Assembly: GCA_003223415.1 (NCBI GenBank)
Contig: QHUY01000044.1
Coordinates: forward strand, 30,443 to 94,442
DNA length: 64,000 nucleotides
Origin: Gemmatimonadota bacterium
GTDB lineage: Bacteria > Gemmatimonadota > Gemmatimonadetes > Gemmatimonadales > GWC2-71-9
Direction: 5' to 3'
Shown here: positions 29,764-39,726 of the stretch, piece by piece
Layout: the number at the start of each line of letters is the position of its first letter
How positions within the stretch are numbered: position 1 is the stretch's first letter
Position numbers and translations under genes: made by a program
The notes under the pieces: model-generated
The model's database searches: none
What the model was told of the DNA's origin: nothing
The model's input: only the letters and a program-made list of their open reading frames with translations

Positions 29764-29795
29764 AAGCGGGCGAAGTTCGGCCCGCGCTTTTTTTT
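29764..29795 (+). terminator. rimP leader hairpin / attenuator
   Basis: GCGGGC..GCCCGC stem plus T8 directly before the rimP ATG, as in the widespread rimP-leader. Confidence 0.8.
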
Positions 29796-30272
29796 ATGCT
29801 CACCGACAGTCTCGTCGAGGCCTTTCGGGTCCGGCTGGAAGCGCTGGGCTTCGATCTGGCCGACCTCCGCATCGGCGGCACGCCGAACCGGCCACTGGTC
29901 CAAGTTCGCATCGACTGGCCGCCGGACTCGCCGGGGAGCGGGGCGGGGGGGACGGGGGGCGTCACCGTGGCGGAGTGCGCCACGGCGAGCCGGGCGCTGG
30001 AGGCCTGGCTGGACGACGGGGGACCCCTCGGCCCACGCTACGTCTTGGAGGTATCGAGCCCCGGTCTGGAGCGCCCGCTGCGCTGGCCCCGGCACTGGGC
30101 CCGGTTCGTGGGCCGGGACGTGACCGCGAAACTGGCAGGGCTGGGGCGGGTGCGGGCCCGGATCGTGGCGGTGCCTGACGAGGCCACCGTGATCCTGCAG
30201 CCGCAAGGCGGGGCGCCCCGGCCGGTGCCGCTCGCGGCGATCCGCGACGCGCGTCTTGCCGTGGACTGGTGA
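29796..30272 (+). CDS. rimP: Ribosome maturation factor RimP
   Basis: GVTVAECATASR, YVLEVSSPGLERPL; precedes nusA. Confidence 0.92.
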   Translation: MLTDSLVEAFRVRLEALGFDLADLRIGGTPNRPLVQVRIDWPPDSPGSGAGGTGGVTVAECATASRALEAWLDDGGPLGPRYVLEVSSPGLERPLRWPRHWARFVGRDVTAKLAGLGRVRARIVAVPDEATVILQPQGGAPRPVPLAAIRDARLAVDW

Positions 30273-30279
30273 GACTCCC

Positions 30280-30302
30280 CTGACGGCTGATGGCTGACGG
30301 CT
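30280..30302. repeat. Heptamer array (CTGAYGG)x3
   Basis: CTGACGG CTGATGG CTGACGG between rimP and nusA; same family as 174-201. Confidence 0.85.
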
Positions 30303-30319
30303 TCTCGAGGTAAAGACTG

Positions 30320-31681
30320 ATGGCGAATGCACCCGATGTGGTTTCCGCGATCCGCGAGCTGACGAGCACCAAGCAGCTCGAGCGGGCGGAGCTGATCGAT
30401 CTCCTGAAGGACGGGCTGCACGCGGCTCTGGTCAAGCGCTACGGGCCCAACGTGCGCGCCGAGATCGGCATCGACGAGCTGAAGGGGACGATCCGGATCG
30501 TCGTGCTGAAGACGGTCGTCGAAACCGTAGAGGACCCGGGCACCCAAATCTCTCTCGAGGAGGCGCGCTTCGAAGACCCCGAGTTCCAGGTCGGCGACGT
30601 GCTGGAAGAGGAGGTGCCGTTCGGGGAGTTCGGGCGCACGGCGGTGCAGGCCGCCAAGCAGCGCATCATCCAGCGGGTGCGGGAAGGGGAGCGGACCCGC
30701 ATCCGGGAGGAGTTCTCGGGCAAGGTGGGCGAGTTGCTCCCCGGCGAGGTGCAGCAGATCGAGCGCGGCAAGATCGTGGTGATGTTGAACAAGTTCCGGG
30801 AAGCCGAGGCGATCATCCCCTATCGCGAGCAGAACCATCGCGAGCACTTCCACCAGGGGGACACGATCCGTGCGGTGCTGAAGCGGATCGAGGAAACCCC
30901 CAAGGGACCGCGGCTCATCTTGTCGCGCGCCGACCCGATGTTCGTGAAGGCCCTCTTCAAGCTGGAGGTGCCGGAGATCCAGCAGCAGATCGTGGAGATC
31001 CGCGCCACGGCCCGAGAGGCGGGAAGCCGGACCAAGATAGCGGTGTCGAGCCGGGACGACGGCATCGATCCGGTGGGCGCCTGCGTCGGGCTCAAGGGCT
31101 CGCGCGTGCAGGCCGTCGTGAATGAGCTGGGGGGCGAGCGGATCGACATCGTGCCCTGGTCGCCCGACCCGGAGCGGTTCGCCAAGCTGGCCCTCGCGCC
31201 GGCGCGCGTGGCCCGCGTGTTCTCAGACCCCGACAGCCGCACCATCCAGGCGATCGTGGACGAGGATCAGCTGTCGCTCGCCATCGGCCGCAACGGCCAG
31301 AACGTCCGCCTCGCCTCCGAGCTGACGGGCTGGAAGATCGACCTCTACTCGAGCCGGGAGTGGCTGGAGCGCGGCGGCGAGGGCCCGCTGTTCGCGCCGC
31401 TGCCGCCCGAGGAGGAGCAGGCCGTCAAGGTCGCCCTGCGGGAGATGAAGGACCTCTCGCCTGAGCTGGTCGCGGTGCTCGAGGGCGCGGGCAAGACGAC
31501 GCTGCAACACATCCTGGACCTGGAGCGCGACGACGTCGACAAGTTGCCGGGTATGACGCCGGAGCTCGCCGAAAAGCTCATGGCCTTCCTCAATGAGATG
31601 ACCGAGGAGGGTGAAGACGAGCCGGAGCGGGCGGGGGAAACGCCCGCGAGTGGAGGGCCGGAGACGCCGGCGCCCGCGTGA
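30320..31681 (+). CDS. nusA: Transcription termination/antitermination factor NusA
   Basis: FGRTAVQAAKQ, S1 domain, REAGSRTKIAV, GACVGLKGSRV, AIGRNGQNVRLAS. Confidence 0.97.
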   Translation: MANAPDVVSAIRELTSTKQLERAELIDLLKDGLHAALVKRYGPNVRAEIGIDELKGTIRIVVLKTVVETVEDPGTQISLEEARFEDPEFQVGDVLEEEVPFGEFGRTAVQAAKQRIIQRVREGERTRIREEFSGKVGELLPGEVQQIERGKIVVMLNKFREAEAIIPYREQNHREHFHQGDTIRAVLKRIEETPKGPRLILSRADPMFVKALFKLEVPEIQQQIVEIRATAREAGSRTKIAVSSRDDGIDPVGACVGLKGSRVQAVVNELGGERIDIVPWSPDPERFAKLALAPARVARVFSDPDSRTIQAIVDEDQLSLAIGRNGQNVRLASELTGWKIDLYSSREWLERGGEGPLFAPLPPEEEQAVKVALREMKDLSPELVAVLEGAGKTTLQHILDLERDDVDKLPGMTPELAEKLMAFLNEMTEEGEDEPERAGETPASGGPETPAPA

Positions 31682-32022
31682 CCCCTCCCGCCCCCCCCTC
31701 GGACGCGCTCACGCGGCTGTTGGGGTTGGGTTTGCGGGCACGGCAGGTGGTGGTGGGCGTGGCGTCGGTACGGGCGGGGCTGCGGCGCGGCGGGCTGGCC
31801 TGCGTGGTGCTGGCCGCCGACGCGAGCGCGCGGACCGAGGATAAAGTGGAGCGGCTGGCCGTGGCGCGGGGCGTGCCCGTGTTGCGGGGGCCGGCGGGGG
31901 AGCGGTTGGGGGCGGCGCTGGGCCGCCCGCCGGTGCAGGCGGTGGGCGTCAGCGATCGGGCGCTGGCGCGCGGGCTGTTGGGCGTACACGGAGGAGTGAG
32001 TGGCAACAACGCGGATTCATGA
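31678..32022 (+). CDS. L7Ae/L30e family RNA-binding protein
   Basis: LLGLGLRARQVVVG, LAADAS, LGAALGR; between nusA and infB. Confidence 0.8.
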   Translation: MTPPAPPSDALTRLLGLGLRARQVVVGVASVRAGLRRGGLACVVLAADASARTEDKVERLAVARGVPVLRGPAGERLGAALGRPPVQAVGVSDRALARGLLGVHGGVSGNNADS

Positions 32023-34657
32023 CCTGGCGGCGGAGTTCGGGATTTCCAGCGAGCAGCTGATGGGGCTGCTCAAGGAGATGAATATCTTCGTGCGCAGCCA
32101 CCTGACGCCGCTCAAGGACGAGCAGGCGGCGCTGGTGCGCGCCCGCTGGGAGCGCGAGAAGCGCAAGCAGAAAGAGGCGCCCGCGACGCCCAAGCGGCGC
32201 CGCGCGGTCAAGGTCGCCGCCGAGCCCGCGCCCGTCGCCGCGGAGGCGCGGCCCAAGCGCCGCCGCCGCACGGCGGCCGAAGTGGCCGCCGCCGAGGCCG
32301 AGGCACTGGCCGTCGCCGAGGTCGCGGCCGAAGCGGAGGCCCGGGCGCGCCAGGTGCTCGAAGCCACCCGGGCCATGGAAGAAGAGGAGAAGGCGGCTCC
32401 CTCACTTGAGGAGCGCGCCGCGGCGCTCTTCAAGGAGCTCCCGCAGGCGGCCGACCTGGAAGCGTTCCGGGCTCAGGCAGAGCCGGCCTCAGAGCTGGCG
32501 TCGGCCGCAACGGCGCCGCTGGCCGCAACTCCCGTCGCGGGGGCGCCGCCGCGGCCGTTCATCCCGACGCCGGTGCGCCCGCGCCCGGTCGCCAGCGCGA
32601 CGCCCGGGGCCGTCGTGCCCCCTCCCCCGCGCCCCGTGGCCTCGGCGGCGCCGGGCGCCGTCCCGCTCGAGGAGCGACGCCGGGAGAAGGGCGGGAAGAA
32701 GCGCAAGAAGGGGAAGAAGTCGGTGGACTTCGAGGCCGTACAACAGAATATCTCGCGCACCCTGACGACGATGAAGGGACCGGTCAGCCGCAAGAGCGGC
32801 GCCCGCCGCGACGAGGGCCCGAGCTTCCGGGAGCTGCAGGAAGCGCGACGCCAGGAGGAAAAGGAGCGCGAGAAGACCCTCGTGCGCGTGACCGAGTTCA
32901 TCACCGTCAGTGAGCTCGCGAACATCCTGAAGGTCCCCCCGACGCAGATCGTCACCTTCGCCTTCAAGGAGCTGGGGCAGATGGTGACGATCAATCAGCG
33001 GCTCGACTTCGACATGATCGAGCTGATCGCCTCCGCGTTCAACTTCCAGGCGGTGCGGGAGGCCGGCTACGTCGTCGCGGGGCCGGAAGCCGCCGAGGAC
33101 AAGACCGAGGACCTGAAGCCGCGGCCTCCGGTGGTCACCGTGATGGGTCACGTGGACCACGGCAAAACGTCGCTGCTCGACTACGTCCGCACGACCAACG
33201 TCGTCGCTGGCGAAGCGGGCGGCATCACGCAGCACATCGGCGCCTACCAGGTGACGCTCAAGGACGGGCGCTCGATCACGTTCCTCGACACCCCGGGGCA
33301 CGAGGCGTTCACGGCGATGCGCGCCCGCGGCGCGCAGGTCACGGACCTCGTGGTGCTGGTCGTGGCCGCCGACGACGCCATCATGCCGCAGACCATCGAG
33401 GCGATCTCGCACGCTAAGAACGCCGGCGTGCCGCTCGTCGTGGCGATCAACAAGATCGATCTGCCTGCGGCCAACGTGCAAAAGGTGAAGCAGGATCTCC
33501 TCGCGCACGGCGTGGTGCTCGAGGAGTTCGGCGGGACGACGCTGTCGACGGCGATCTCGGCCAAGAAGGGCACGAACATCGAAGCGCTGCTCGACCAAAT
33601 CCTGCTCCAGGCCGAGCTGCTCGACCTCAAGGCGAATCCTGACCGCCTCGCCAGCGGCACGGTCCTCGAGGCGACGCTCGATCCGGGCAAGGGACCGCTC
33701 GCGACGATCCTGGTGCAGAACGGCACGCTCAAGCTGGGGGATGCCTTCATCTGCGGCCAGTTCTCGGGACGCGTGCGCGCCATGTACGACGAGCGCGGCC
33801 AGACGGCGCCGGCGGCCGGTCCGTCGATCCCCGTGCAGATCCTCGGCTTCGAGGGCGTGCCCGAGGCGGGCGACTCCTTCACCGTGATGGCCGATGCGGC
33901 CGCGGCGCGCGACATCGCGCAGAAGCGCCAGCGCCTGGAGCGCGAGGCGCAGCACCGCCGCACCGGCCGCGTCAAGACGCTCGAGGACTTCATGGCCGAG
34001 CGCGCCGAGGGCGGCGCAGCGGCGCTCCGGCTCATCATCAAGGCGGACCAGGGCGGCCCCGCGGAGGCGCTGGCCGACGCCCTGGCCCAGCTGTCCACGG
34101 CGGAAGTGAAGGTGGAGGTCGTGCATCGCGGCGTGGGCGCGATCACCGACTCGGACGTGCTGCTCGCCAAGGCGTCCAACGCGATCATCATCGGCTTCCA
34201 CGTCCGCCCCGACTCCAACGCGCGGGCCTCGGCCGAGCGCGAGCGCGTCGAGATCCGCACCTACCGGATCATCTACGAGGCGGTGGAAGAGGTGAAGGCG
34301 GCCATGGAGGGCCTCCTCGCTCCGGAGAAGAAGGAAGTCGTGCTGGGCGAGGCGGAGGTGCGCCAGCTGTTCAAGATCGCCAAGGTCGGCACCATCGCCG
34401 GCAGCTTCGTGAAGAGCGGCGTCATCCCACGGACGGCCCGGGTGCGCGTCATCCGCAACGGGGTCGAGGTGTACGACGGGTCCCTGGCCTCCCTCAAGCG
34501 CTTCAAGGACGACGCGCGCGAAGTGCGCGAAGGCTTCGAGTGCGGCATCGGCGTCGAGAACTTCAACGATCTCAAGGTCGGCGACCTGATCGAGGCCTAC
34601 CGCATCGAGGAGGTGGCGCGTTCGCTCGACGTCGGGAGCGGCGCCAAAGGAGCCTGA
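32000..34657 (+). CDS. infB: Translation initiation factor IF-2
   Basis: [52 protein letters not shown]. Confidence 0.98.
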   Translation: MATTRIHDLAAEFGISSEQLMGLLKEMNIFVRSHLTPLKDEQAALVRARWEREKRKQKEAPATPKRRRAVKVAAEPAPVAAEARPKRRRRTAAEVAAAEAEALAVAEVAAEAEARARQVLEATRAMEEEEKAAPSLEERAAALFKELPQAADLEAFRAQAEPASELASAATAPLAATPVAGAPPRPFIPTPVRPRPVASATPGAVVPPPPRPVASAAPGAVPLEERRREKGGKKRKKGKKSVDFEAVQQNISRTLTTMKGPVSRKSGARRDEGPSFRELQEARRQEEKEREKTLVRVTEFITVSELANILKVPPTQIVTFAFKELGQMVTINQRLDFDMIELIASAFNFQAVREAGYVVAGPEAAEDKTEDLKPRPPVVTVMGHVDHGKTSLLDYVRTTNVVAGEAGGITQHIGAYQVTLKDGRSITFLDTPGHEAFTAMRARGAQVTDLVVLVVAADDAIMPQTIEAISHAKNAGVPLVVAINKIDLPAANVQKVKQDLLAHGVVLEEFGGTTLSTAISAKKGTNIEALLDQILLQAELLDLKANPDRLASGTVLEATLDPGKGPLATILVQNGTLKLGDAFICGQFSGRVRAMYDERGQTAPAAGPSIPVQILGFEGVPEAGDSFTVMADAAAARDIAQKRQRLEREAQHRRTGRVKTLEDFMAERAEGGAAALRLIIKADQGGPAEALADALAQLSTAEVKVEVVHRGVGAITDSDVLLAKASNAIIIGFHVRPDSNARASAERERVEIRTYRIIYEAVEEVKAAMEGLLAPEKKEVVLGEAEVRQLFKIAKVGTIAGSFVKSGVIPRTARVRVIRNGVEVYDGSLASLKRFKDDAREVREGFECGIGVENFNDLKVGDLIEAYRIEEVARSLDVGSGAKGA

Positions 34658-34660
34658 GCC

Positions 34661-34942
34661 GTGATCGTGGGCCTCATCACGTGGGAGCTGCACCTGGCCG
34701 CGTGCCAGTCCCTGAAGGACAAACGGCAGATCGTGAAGAGTCTCAAAGACCGGCTGCACCAGCGCTTCAACGTCTCGGCGGCGGAGACGGACCACCAGGA
34801 CCTGTGGCAGCGCGCCGAGCTGACGGCGGCTGTGGTGAGCACCGACCGGCACCACGCCGAGGAGGTCCTGCGGCAGGCGGACCGGCTGGTGGAGGGCGCC
34901 AACGGCGCCCGCATCATGGACACCAGCACGAGCTTCCTCTGA
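34661..34942 (+). CDS. DUF503 (YlxP) family protein
   Basis: SLKDKRQIVKSLKDRL..FNVSAAE..HQDLWQ; between infB and rbfA. Confidence 0.85.
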   Translation: MIVGLITWELHLAACQSLKDKRQIVKSLKDRLHQRFNVSAAETDHQDLWQRAELTAAVVSTDRHHAEEVLRQADRLVEGANGARIMDTSTSFL

Positions 34943-34943
34943 G

Positions 34944-35309
34944 ATGAAACAACGACCCACCCATCGGCCCGAGCGCCTGGCCGAGCTGATCCGCCAAACG
35001 GTCGCGGCCTTTCTCACCGGGAACGTGCGCGACCCGCGCATCGGGTTCATCACCGTGACGGGCGTGGCGGTATCGGCGGACCTCTCCCACGCCACGGTCA
35101 GCGTCAGCGTCATGGGGACCGAGGAGGACAAGGAATCGAGCCTCGAGGGACTGGCGAGCGCCGCGCGATTCCTCCGGGCCCAGCTGTCGCGGGAGCTGAG
35201 ACTGCGCACCAGCCCCGAGCTGCACTTCCGGCTCGACCGCGGCCTGGAGCACGCCCAGCGGATCGAGCAGGTGCTGCGGGAGCTGAAGGGGAGGGGGGAG
35301 GGCGGCTGA
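34944..35309 (+). CDS. rbfA: Ribosome-binding factor A
   Basis: RDPRIGFITVT, SADLSHA, LRLRTSPELHF.LD. Confidence 0.93.
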   Translation: MKQRPTHRPERLAELIRQTVAAFLTGNVRDPRIGFITVTGVAVSADLSHATVSVSVMGTEEDKESSLEGLASAARFLRAQLSRELRLRTSPELHFRLDRGLEHAQRIEQVLRELKGRGEGG

Positions 35310-36169
35310 CGGACGGAGTGGCGCTGGTGGCGAAGCCGGCCGGGCCGACGTCGCACGACGTGGTGGACCGCGCTCGGCGCGCCCTCGGCACCCGGCGGGT
35401 GGGCCACCTGGGGACGCTGGACCCACTGGCCGATGGGCTGCTGGTGCTGGTCGTGGGGCGGGCGACCCGCCTGGCGCCGTTCGCGGCCGGGTGGACCAAG
35501 CGGTACGAGGGAACGATCCGGCTCGGCATGGCCACGAGCACGGACGACGCGACCGGCGAGCCGCTCAGCTCGTCAGAAGCTTGGCGCACGATGGACCGGG
35601 CACAGGTCACGGCGGCGCTGGCGCGATTCCTGGGCGTGCAGGAGCAGCGGCCGCCCGCGCACTCGGCCGTGAAGGTCGGCGGCGAGCGGGCCTATCGCCG
35701 CGCGCGCCGCGGTGAAGCGCTGGCCCTGGCGCCGCGGCCGGTAGAGGTGCATGCGCTGGAGCTGGTGGACTACGCGCCGCCCGATATCCGATTCCGGGCG
35801 ACGGTGTCCGCCGGCACCTACCTGCGCGGCTTGGCGCGAGACGTCGGCGACGCGCTCGCCTGCGGGGCGCATCTGGCGGCGCTGCGCCGCACGGCGGTGG
35901 GGCCCTTCGAGCTGCAGGATGCCGTCGCACCTGATGCGGTGACGGCCGCCGGACTGCGGGATCCCGCGGTGCTGGTCGCCCATCTGGCGCGACAGGATCT
36001 GACGGCCGAAGAGCGAGACGCCGCCGTGCACGGGCGGCCGATCGACGAGGGGGGAATGGGGAAGGGGGAACGGGGAATGGTGGCCCTGTTCTTCGAAGGG
36101 CACCTGGTGGCGGTGGCGGAGGCCGTGGGCGAGTCGTTGAAGCCGCGGGTCGTGGTGACCGAGGCATGA
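35306..36169 (+). CDS. truB: tRNA pseudouridine(55) synthase
   Basis: KPAGPTSHDVV, VGHLGTLDPLADG, PPAHSAVKVGG, SAGTYLR; start CTG 35306 or GTG 35318. Confidence 0.93.
   Translation: MTDGVALVAKPAGPTSHDVVDRARRALGTRRVGHLGTLDPLADGLLVLVVGRATRLAPFAAGWTKRYEGTIRLGMATSTDDATGEPLSSSEAWRTMDRAQVTAALARFLGVQEQRPPAHSAVKVGGERAYRRARRGEALALAPRPVEVHALELVDYAPPDIRFRATVSAGTYLRGLARDVGDALACGAHLAALRRTAVGPFELQDAVAPDAVTAAGLRDPAVLVAHLARQDLTAEERDAAVHGRPIDEGGMGKGERGMVALFFEGHLVAVAEAVGESLKPRVVVTEA
36051..36078. repeat. Heptamer array (GGGGAAN)x4 inside truB
   Basis: GGGGAAT GGGGAAG GGGGAAC GGGGAAT, translated as GMGKGERGM. Confidence 0.85.
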
Positions 36170-37065
36170 CCGGCACGGTCGTCACCGTCGGGAGCTTCGA
36201 TGGGGTCCACCGCGGCCACCAGGCGGTCCTGGCGGAGATCGTACGGCGCGCGCGCGCGCGGGGCCGCGCGAGCTTGCTGGTCACCTTCGACCGGCATCCG
36301 CTCGCGGTCGTGAATCCGCCGGCCGCGCCGAAGCTGCTGACGCTGCCCGCGGAGAAGCGCGAGATTCTGGCGCAGACGGAGCTCGACCGCGTGGCCGAGC
36401 TGGCGTTCACGCCGGAGCTGGCACGGCTCGAGCCGGACGCGTTCGTGCGGCAGGTGCTACGGGCGCGGTTCGGCATGGAGGAGCTCGTGCTCGGCTACGA
36501 CCACAGCTTCGGCCGAGGACGCGCCGGGGACGTGGAGGTGGTCCGGCGCCTCGGCGCGGCCGACGGGTTCGCGGTGGACGTGGTGGACGCGGTGCGCGAG
36601 GACGGGCAGCCCATCTCCTCGACGCTGGTGCGGGCCGCCCTCGCCCACGGCAACCTCGACGCGGCGGCGCGCTGGCTGGGCAGGCCCTACAGCCTGCTGG
36701 CGACGGTCGAGCACGGGGCGGGGCGGGGCCGGACGATCGGCGTGCCGACGATCAACCTGCGCGCCGAGGAGCGGAAGCTCCTGCCGCCCGATGGGGTATA
36801 CGCCGTGCGGGTCTCGTGCCGGGCGGGCAGCTTCGGCGGGATGATGAACCAGGGCCCGCGGCCGACGTTCGGGGTGGCGGAGCGTGGCCTCGAGATCCAT
36901 CTGTTCGGCTTCGCGGGCCAGCTGTACGGTGAGCCGGTGAAAGTGGAGTGGGTGCAGCGCCTCCGGGACGTCCGGACGTTCCCGTCGGGGGAGGCGCTGG
37001 CGGAGCAGCTGGCGCGGGACGCGCAAGACGCGCGGGACACCCTCAACCTCTCGAGAGTCGAATGA
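36166..37065 (+). CDS. ribF: Bifunctional riboflavin kinase / FAD synthetase
   Basis: GSFDGVHRGH, GYDHSFG, ISSTLVR, GRTIGVPTIN, GVYAV, RPTF, LEIH. Confidence 0.95.
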   Translation: MTGTVVTVGSFDGVHRGHQAVLAEIVRRARARGRASLLVTFDRHPLAVVNPPAAPKLLTLPAEKREILAQTELDRVAELAFTPELARLEPDAFVRQVLRARFGMEELVLGYDHSFGRGRAGDVEVVRRLGAADGFAVDVVDAVREDGQPISSTLVRAALAHGNLDAAARWLGRPYSLLATVEHGAGRGRTIGVPTINLRAEERKLLPPDGVYAVRVSCRAGSFGGMMNQGPRPTFGVAERGLEIHLFGFAGQLYGEPVKVEWVQRLRDVRTFPSGEALAEQLARDAQDARDTLNLSRVE

Positions 37066-38684
37066 GCACGATTCGTTCGCGATTGATCGTCATCGGCCTG
37101 CTGTTCGTCTTCAGCGTGTGGCAGCTGCTCCCCAAGAACGAGACGCAGCGCGTTCCCGATCCCACGACGGGCCGTATGAAAGACACGTCGGTGCGGCGGG
37201 TGCCGGTGCACCTCGGCCTCGACCTCCAGGGCGGCGTGCACCTGGCGCTCGAGGTGGACCAGACCAAGGGCCCGGTACCCGACTGCGCCGAAGCGATCCG
37301 CCGCGCCGAGCGGGTGGTGCGCACCCGGATCGACGAGTTCGGCACGACGGAGCCGGTGGTGCAGATCGTGGGCCGCTGCCGGCTGATCGTCGAGCTCGCG
37401 GGCGAGAAAGATCCCAGCCGGGCCAAGGGGATCATCCAGCGCACCGCGTTCCTCGAGTTCCGCATCACCGACATGCAGAATCTGTTCCGCAACGCGTTGC
37501 CCGAGATGGACGCGGCGCTGCGCGCGGCGGGGGTGAAGGGCCCGGCGGGCGGGGCGGCCAACGCCGTCGCGAAGCTGTTCGGCGACACGGGCAAGAAAAA
37601 GGCCGGCCCCGACACGTCGCTCGTCAACGCACCGGGCGCGCTGTCGTCGCTGCTGTTCCAGGGCCAGCTGGCGGGCGAGTTCCTGGTGCAGGAGGAGAAC
37701 TTCGCGAAAGTTGACAGCATCATCCACATGCCGCAGTTCGATCGAGTGAAGCCGCGCGGCCTCGATCTCTTCTGGGGCGCGCAGGTCGAGTCGCGCGGCG
37801 CCCGCCCCTACCGGGCGCTGTACGCGGTGCAGAACAAGGCGATCATCACCGGGGAGGAGCTGACCAAAGCCACCGCGCGGCGCGACCAGCTGACCAACCA
37901 GTCGGTCGTGGAGTTCACGCTCACGCGCCGCGGCGGCCGCAAGTTCGGCGAGGAGACCGGCCGCCACGTGGGCGACTACATGGCCATCATCCTCGACGGC
38001 CGGGTCCAGGGCCAGCCGCCGGTCATCCGCGGGCAGATCCAGAACCAGGGCCTGATCGAGCTCGGCTCCAAGCCCCTGACCGACGCGCAGGATCTCGCGC
38101 TGGTGCTGCGCGCCGGCGCGCTGCCCGCGCCGCTCACGGTGGTCGAGGAACGGGCGATCGGCCCCTCCCTCGGCCGCGATTCGATCGTCGACGCCATCAA
38201 GGCCGGCGCCGTGGGCGTCGCTCTGGTGGTGCTGATCATGATCGGCTACTACCGGCTCTCGGGCACGCTCGCCGTCGCCGCCCTCACGCTGTACGTCCTG
38301 TTCACGCTGGCGGGCCTCGCCTCCTTCGGGTTCACGCTCACGCTGCCGGGCCTCGCAGGCTTCGTGCTCTCGGTCGGCATTGCCGTGGACGCGAACGTGC
38401 TGATCTTCGAGCGCATCCGCGAGGAGCTGCGCCACGGCAAGCTGGTGCGCACGGCGGTGGACGAAGGCTTCAAGCACGCCATGAACGCCATCGTCGACTC
38501 CAACGTCAGCACGGCGCTCACCGCCTTCATCCTGTATCTGGTCGGGACCGGACCGGTCCAGGGCTTCGCCATTACCCTCATCATCGGCATTGCGGCGTCG
38601 ATGGTCACCGCCGTGTTCGTGGTGCGGACCTTCTACATGATCTGGCTGCAGCAACGGCCGGCCATGACCACCCTGAGCGTCTGA
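37062..38684 (+). CDS. secD: Protein translocase subunit SecD
   Basis: LGLDLQGG, LRAGALPAP, IGPSLG, LTLPGLAG, AVDANVLIFERIREE. Confidence 0.95.
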   Translation: MSTIRSRLIVIGLLFVFSVWQLLPKNETQRVPDPTTGRMKDTSVRRVPVHLGLDLQGGVHLALEVDQTKGPVPDCAEAIRRAERVVRTRIDEFGTTEPVVQIVGRCRLIVELAGEKDPSRAKGIIQRTAFLEFRITDMQNLFRNALPEMDAALRAAGVKGPAGGAANAVAKLFGDTGKKKAGPDTSLVNAPGALSSLLFQGQLAGEFLVQEENFAKVDSIIHMPQFDRVKPRGLDLFWGAQVESRGARPYRALYAVQNKAIITGEELTKATARRDQLTNQSVVEFTLTRRGGRKFGEETGRHVGDYMAIILDGRVQGQPPVIRGQIQNQGLIELGSKPLTDAQDLALVLRAGALPAPLTVVEERAIGPSLGRDSIVDAIKAGAVGVALVVLIMIGYYRLSGTLAVAALTLYVLFTLAGLASFGFTLTLPGLAGFVLSVGIAVDANVLIFERIREELRHGKLVRTAVDEGFKHAMNAIVDSNVSTALTAFILYLVGTGPVQGFAITLIIGIAASMVTAVFVVRTFYMIWLQQRPAMTTLSV

Positions 38685-39724
38685 TGATCCAGCTCTTCGC
38701 GAACGCCAACTACGACTTCATCAAGTGGCGCAAGTGGGCTTACGGGCTCACCGCCCTCCTGATCATCCCCGGCCTGATCCTCCTGGCGGTGAAGGGTTTG
38801 AACTACAGCATCGAGTTCACCGGCGGCACGCTGATCCAGGTGCAGACCGCGAAGCCGGTGGGCACGGGCGCGCTGCGGCAGGCGCTCGACGCCGCCGGCG
38901 TGCGCGGCGCCGAGATCTCGGCGTTTGGGAGCGACACCGACTACGTGATCCGGGCGCGGCTCGGCACGCAGGCGACCCCCGAAGGGGGAGGGGGGACGCA
39001 GGCGACCGCCGCGGCGGTGGACCAGGCGTTGAAGACCGGCATCGGCGAGGGACAGTACAAGATCGTCCGGACCGAGGCGGTGGGCCCCAAGGTCGGCAAG
39101 GAGCTGCAGGGGAAGGCGTTCCTCGCGATCTTCTTCTCGTTCATCGTCACGCTGATCTACCTGGCGATGCGGTTCGAGTGGCGCTTCGGCCTCGCGGCCG
39201 TGCTCGCCACCTTCCACGACATCCTCACGACCATCGCCTTCATCCGGTACTTGAACCTCGAGGTGAGCCTCGTGGTGGTGGGCGCGGTGCTGACGATGGT
39301 CGGCTACTCCCTGAACGACACCATCATCATCTTCGACCGGGTGCGCGAGAACCTGCGCAAGTACCGGCGCCAGAATCTGTACGAGATCCTGAACCTGTCC
39401 ATCAACGAGACGCTGCCGCGGTCGATCCTGACGCATGGCACCACCATGGCGACGACGCTGGCTCTGGTGCTGCTCGCGGGCGAGGTGATCCGGCCGTTTG
39501 CGCTCGTGATGACGTTCGCGATTTTCACCGGCACGTTTTCGTCGATCTACATCGCGGCGCCGCTGCTGATGTACATCGAGAAGCGCTGGCCGGGCGAGGA
39601 CGCGCGCGGCGCCCGGGCGTTCACCGGGCGCCCGGCGAGCCAGCCCGCCGGGCCGGCGACGCCGCCGAGCCCCACCCCGGCCCCCGCCCCCCCCTCCGGT
39701 CCCCGGCCCAAAGCCGCCGTCTGA
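38684..39724 (+). CDS. secF: Protein translocase subunit SecF
   Basis: IEFTGGT, VGPKVGKEL, GYSLNDTIIIFDRVREN, GTFSSIYIA. Confidence 0.95.
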   Translation: MIQLFANANYDFIKWRKWAYGLTALLIIPGLILLAVKGLNYSIEFTGGTLIQVQTAKPVGTGALRQALDAAGVRGAEISAFGSDTDYVIRARLGTQATPEGGGGTQATAAAVDQALKTGIGEGQYKIVRTEAVGPKVGKELQGKAFLAIFFSFIVTLIYLAMRFEWRFGLAAVLATFHDILTTIAFIRYLNLEVSLVVVGAVLTMVGYSLNDTIIIFDRVRENLRKYRRQNLYEILNLSINETLPRSILTHGTTMATTLALVLLAGEVIRPFALVMTFAIFTGTFSSIYIAAPLLMYIEKRWPGEDARGARAFTGRPASQPAGPATPPSPTPAPAPPSGPRPKAAV

Positions 39725-39726
39725 GC

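Noticed and set aside
32489-35407. 972-aa minus-strand ORF and similar long antisense ORFs (9219-10877, 16934-18760, 36687-38654, 40551-42620, 56677-58683)
   Set aside because: They are shadow frames of well-recognised high-GC genes and carry no motifs of their own
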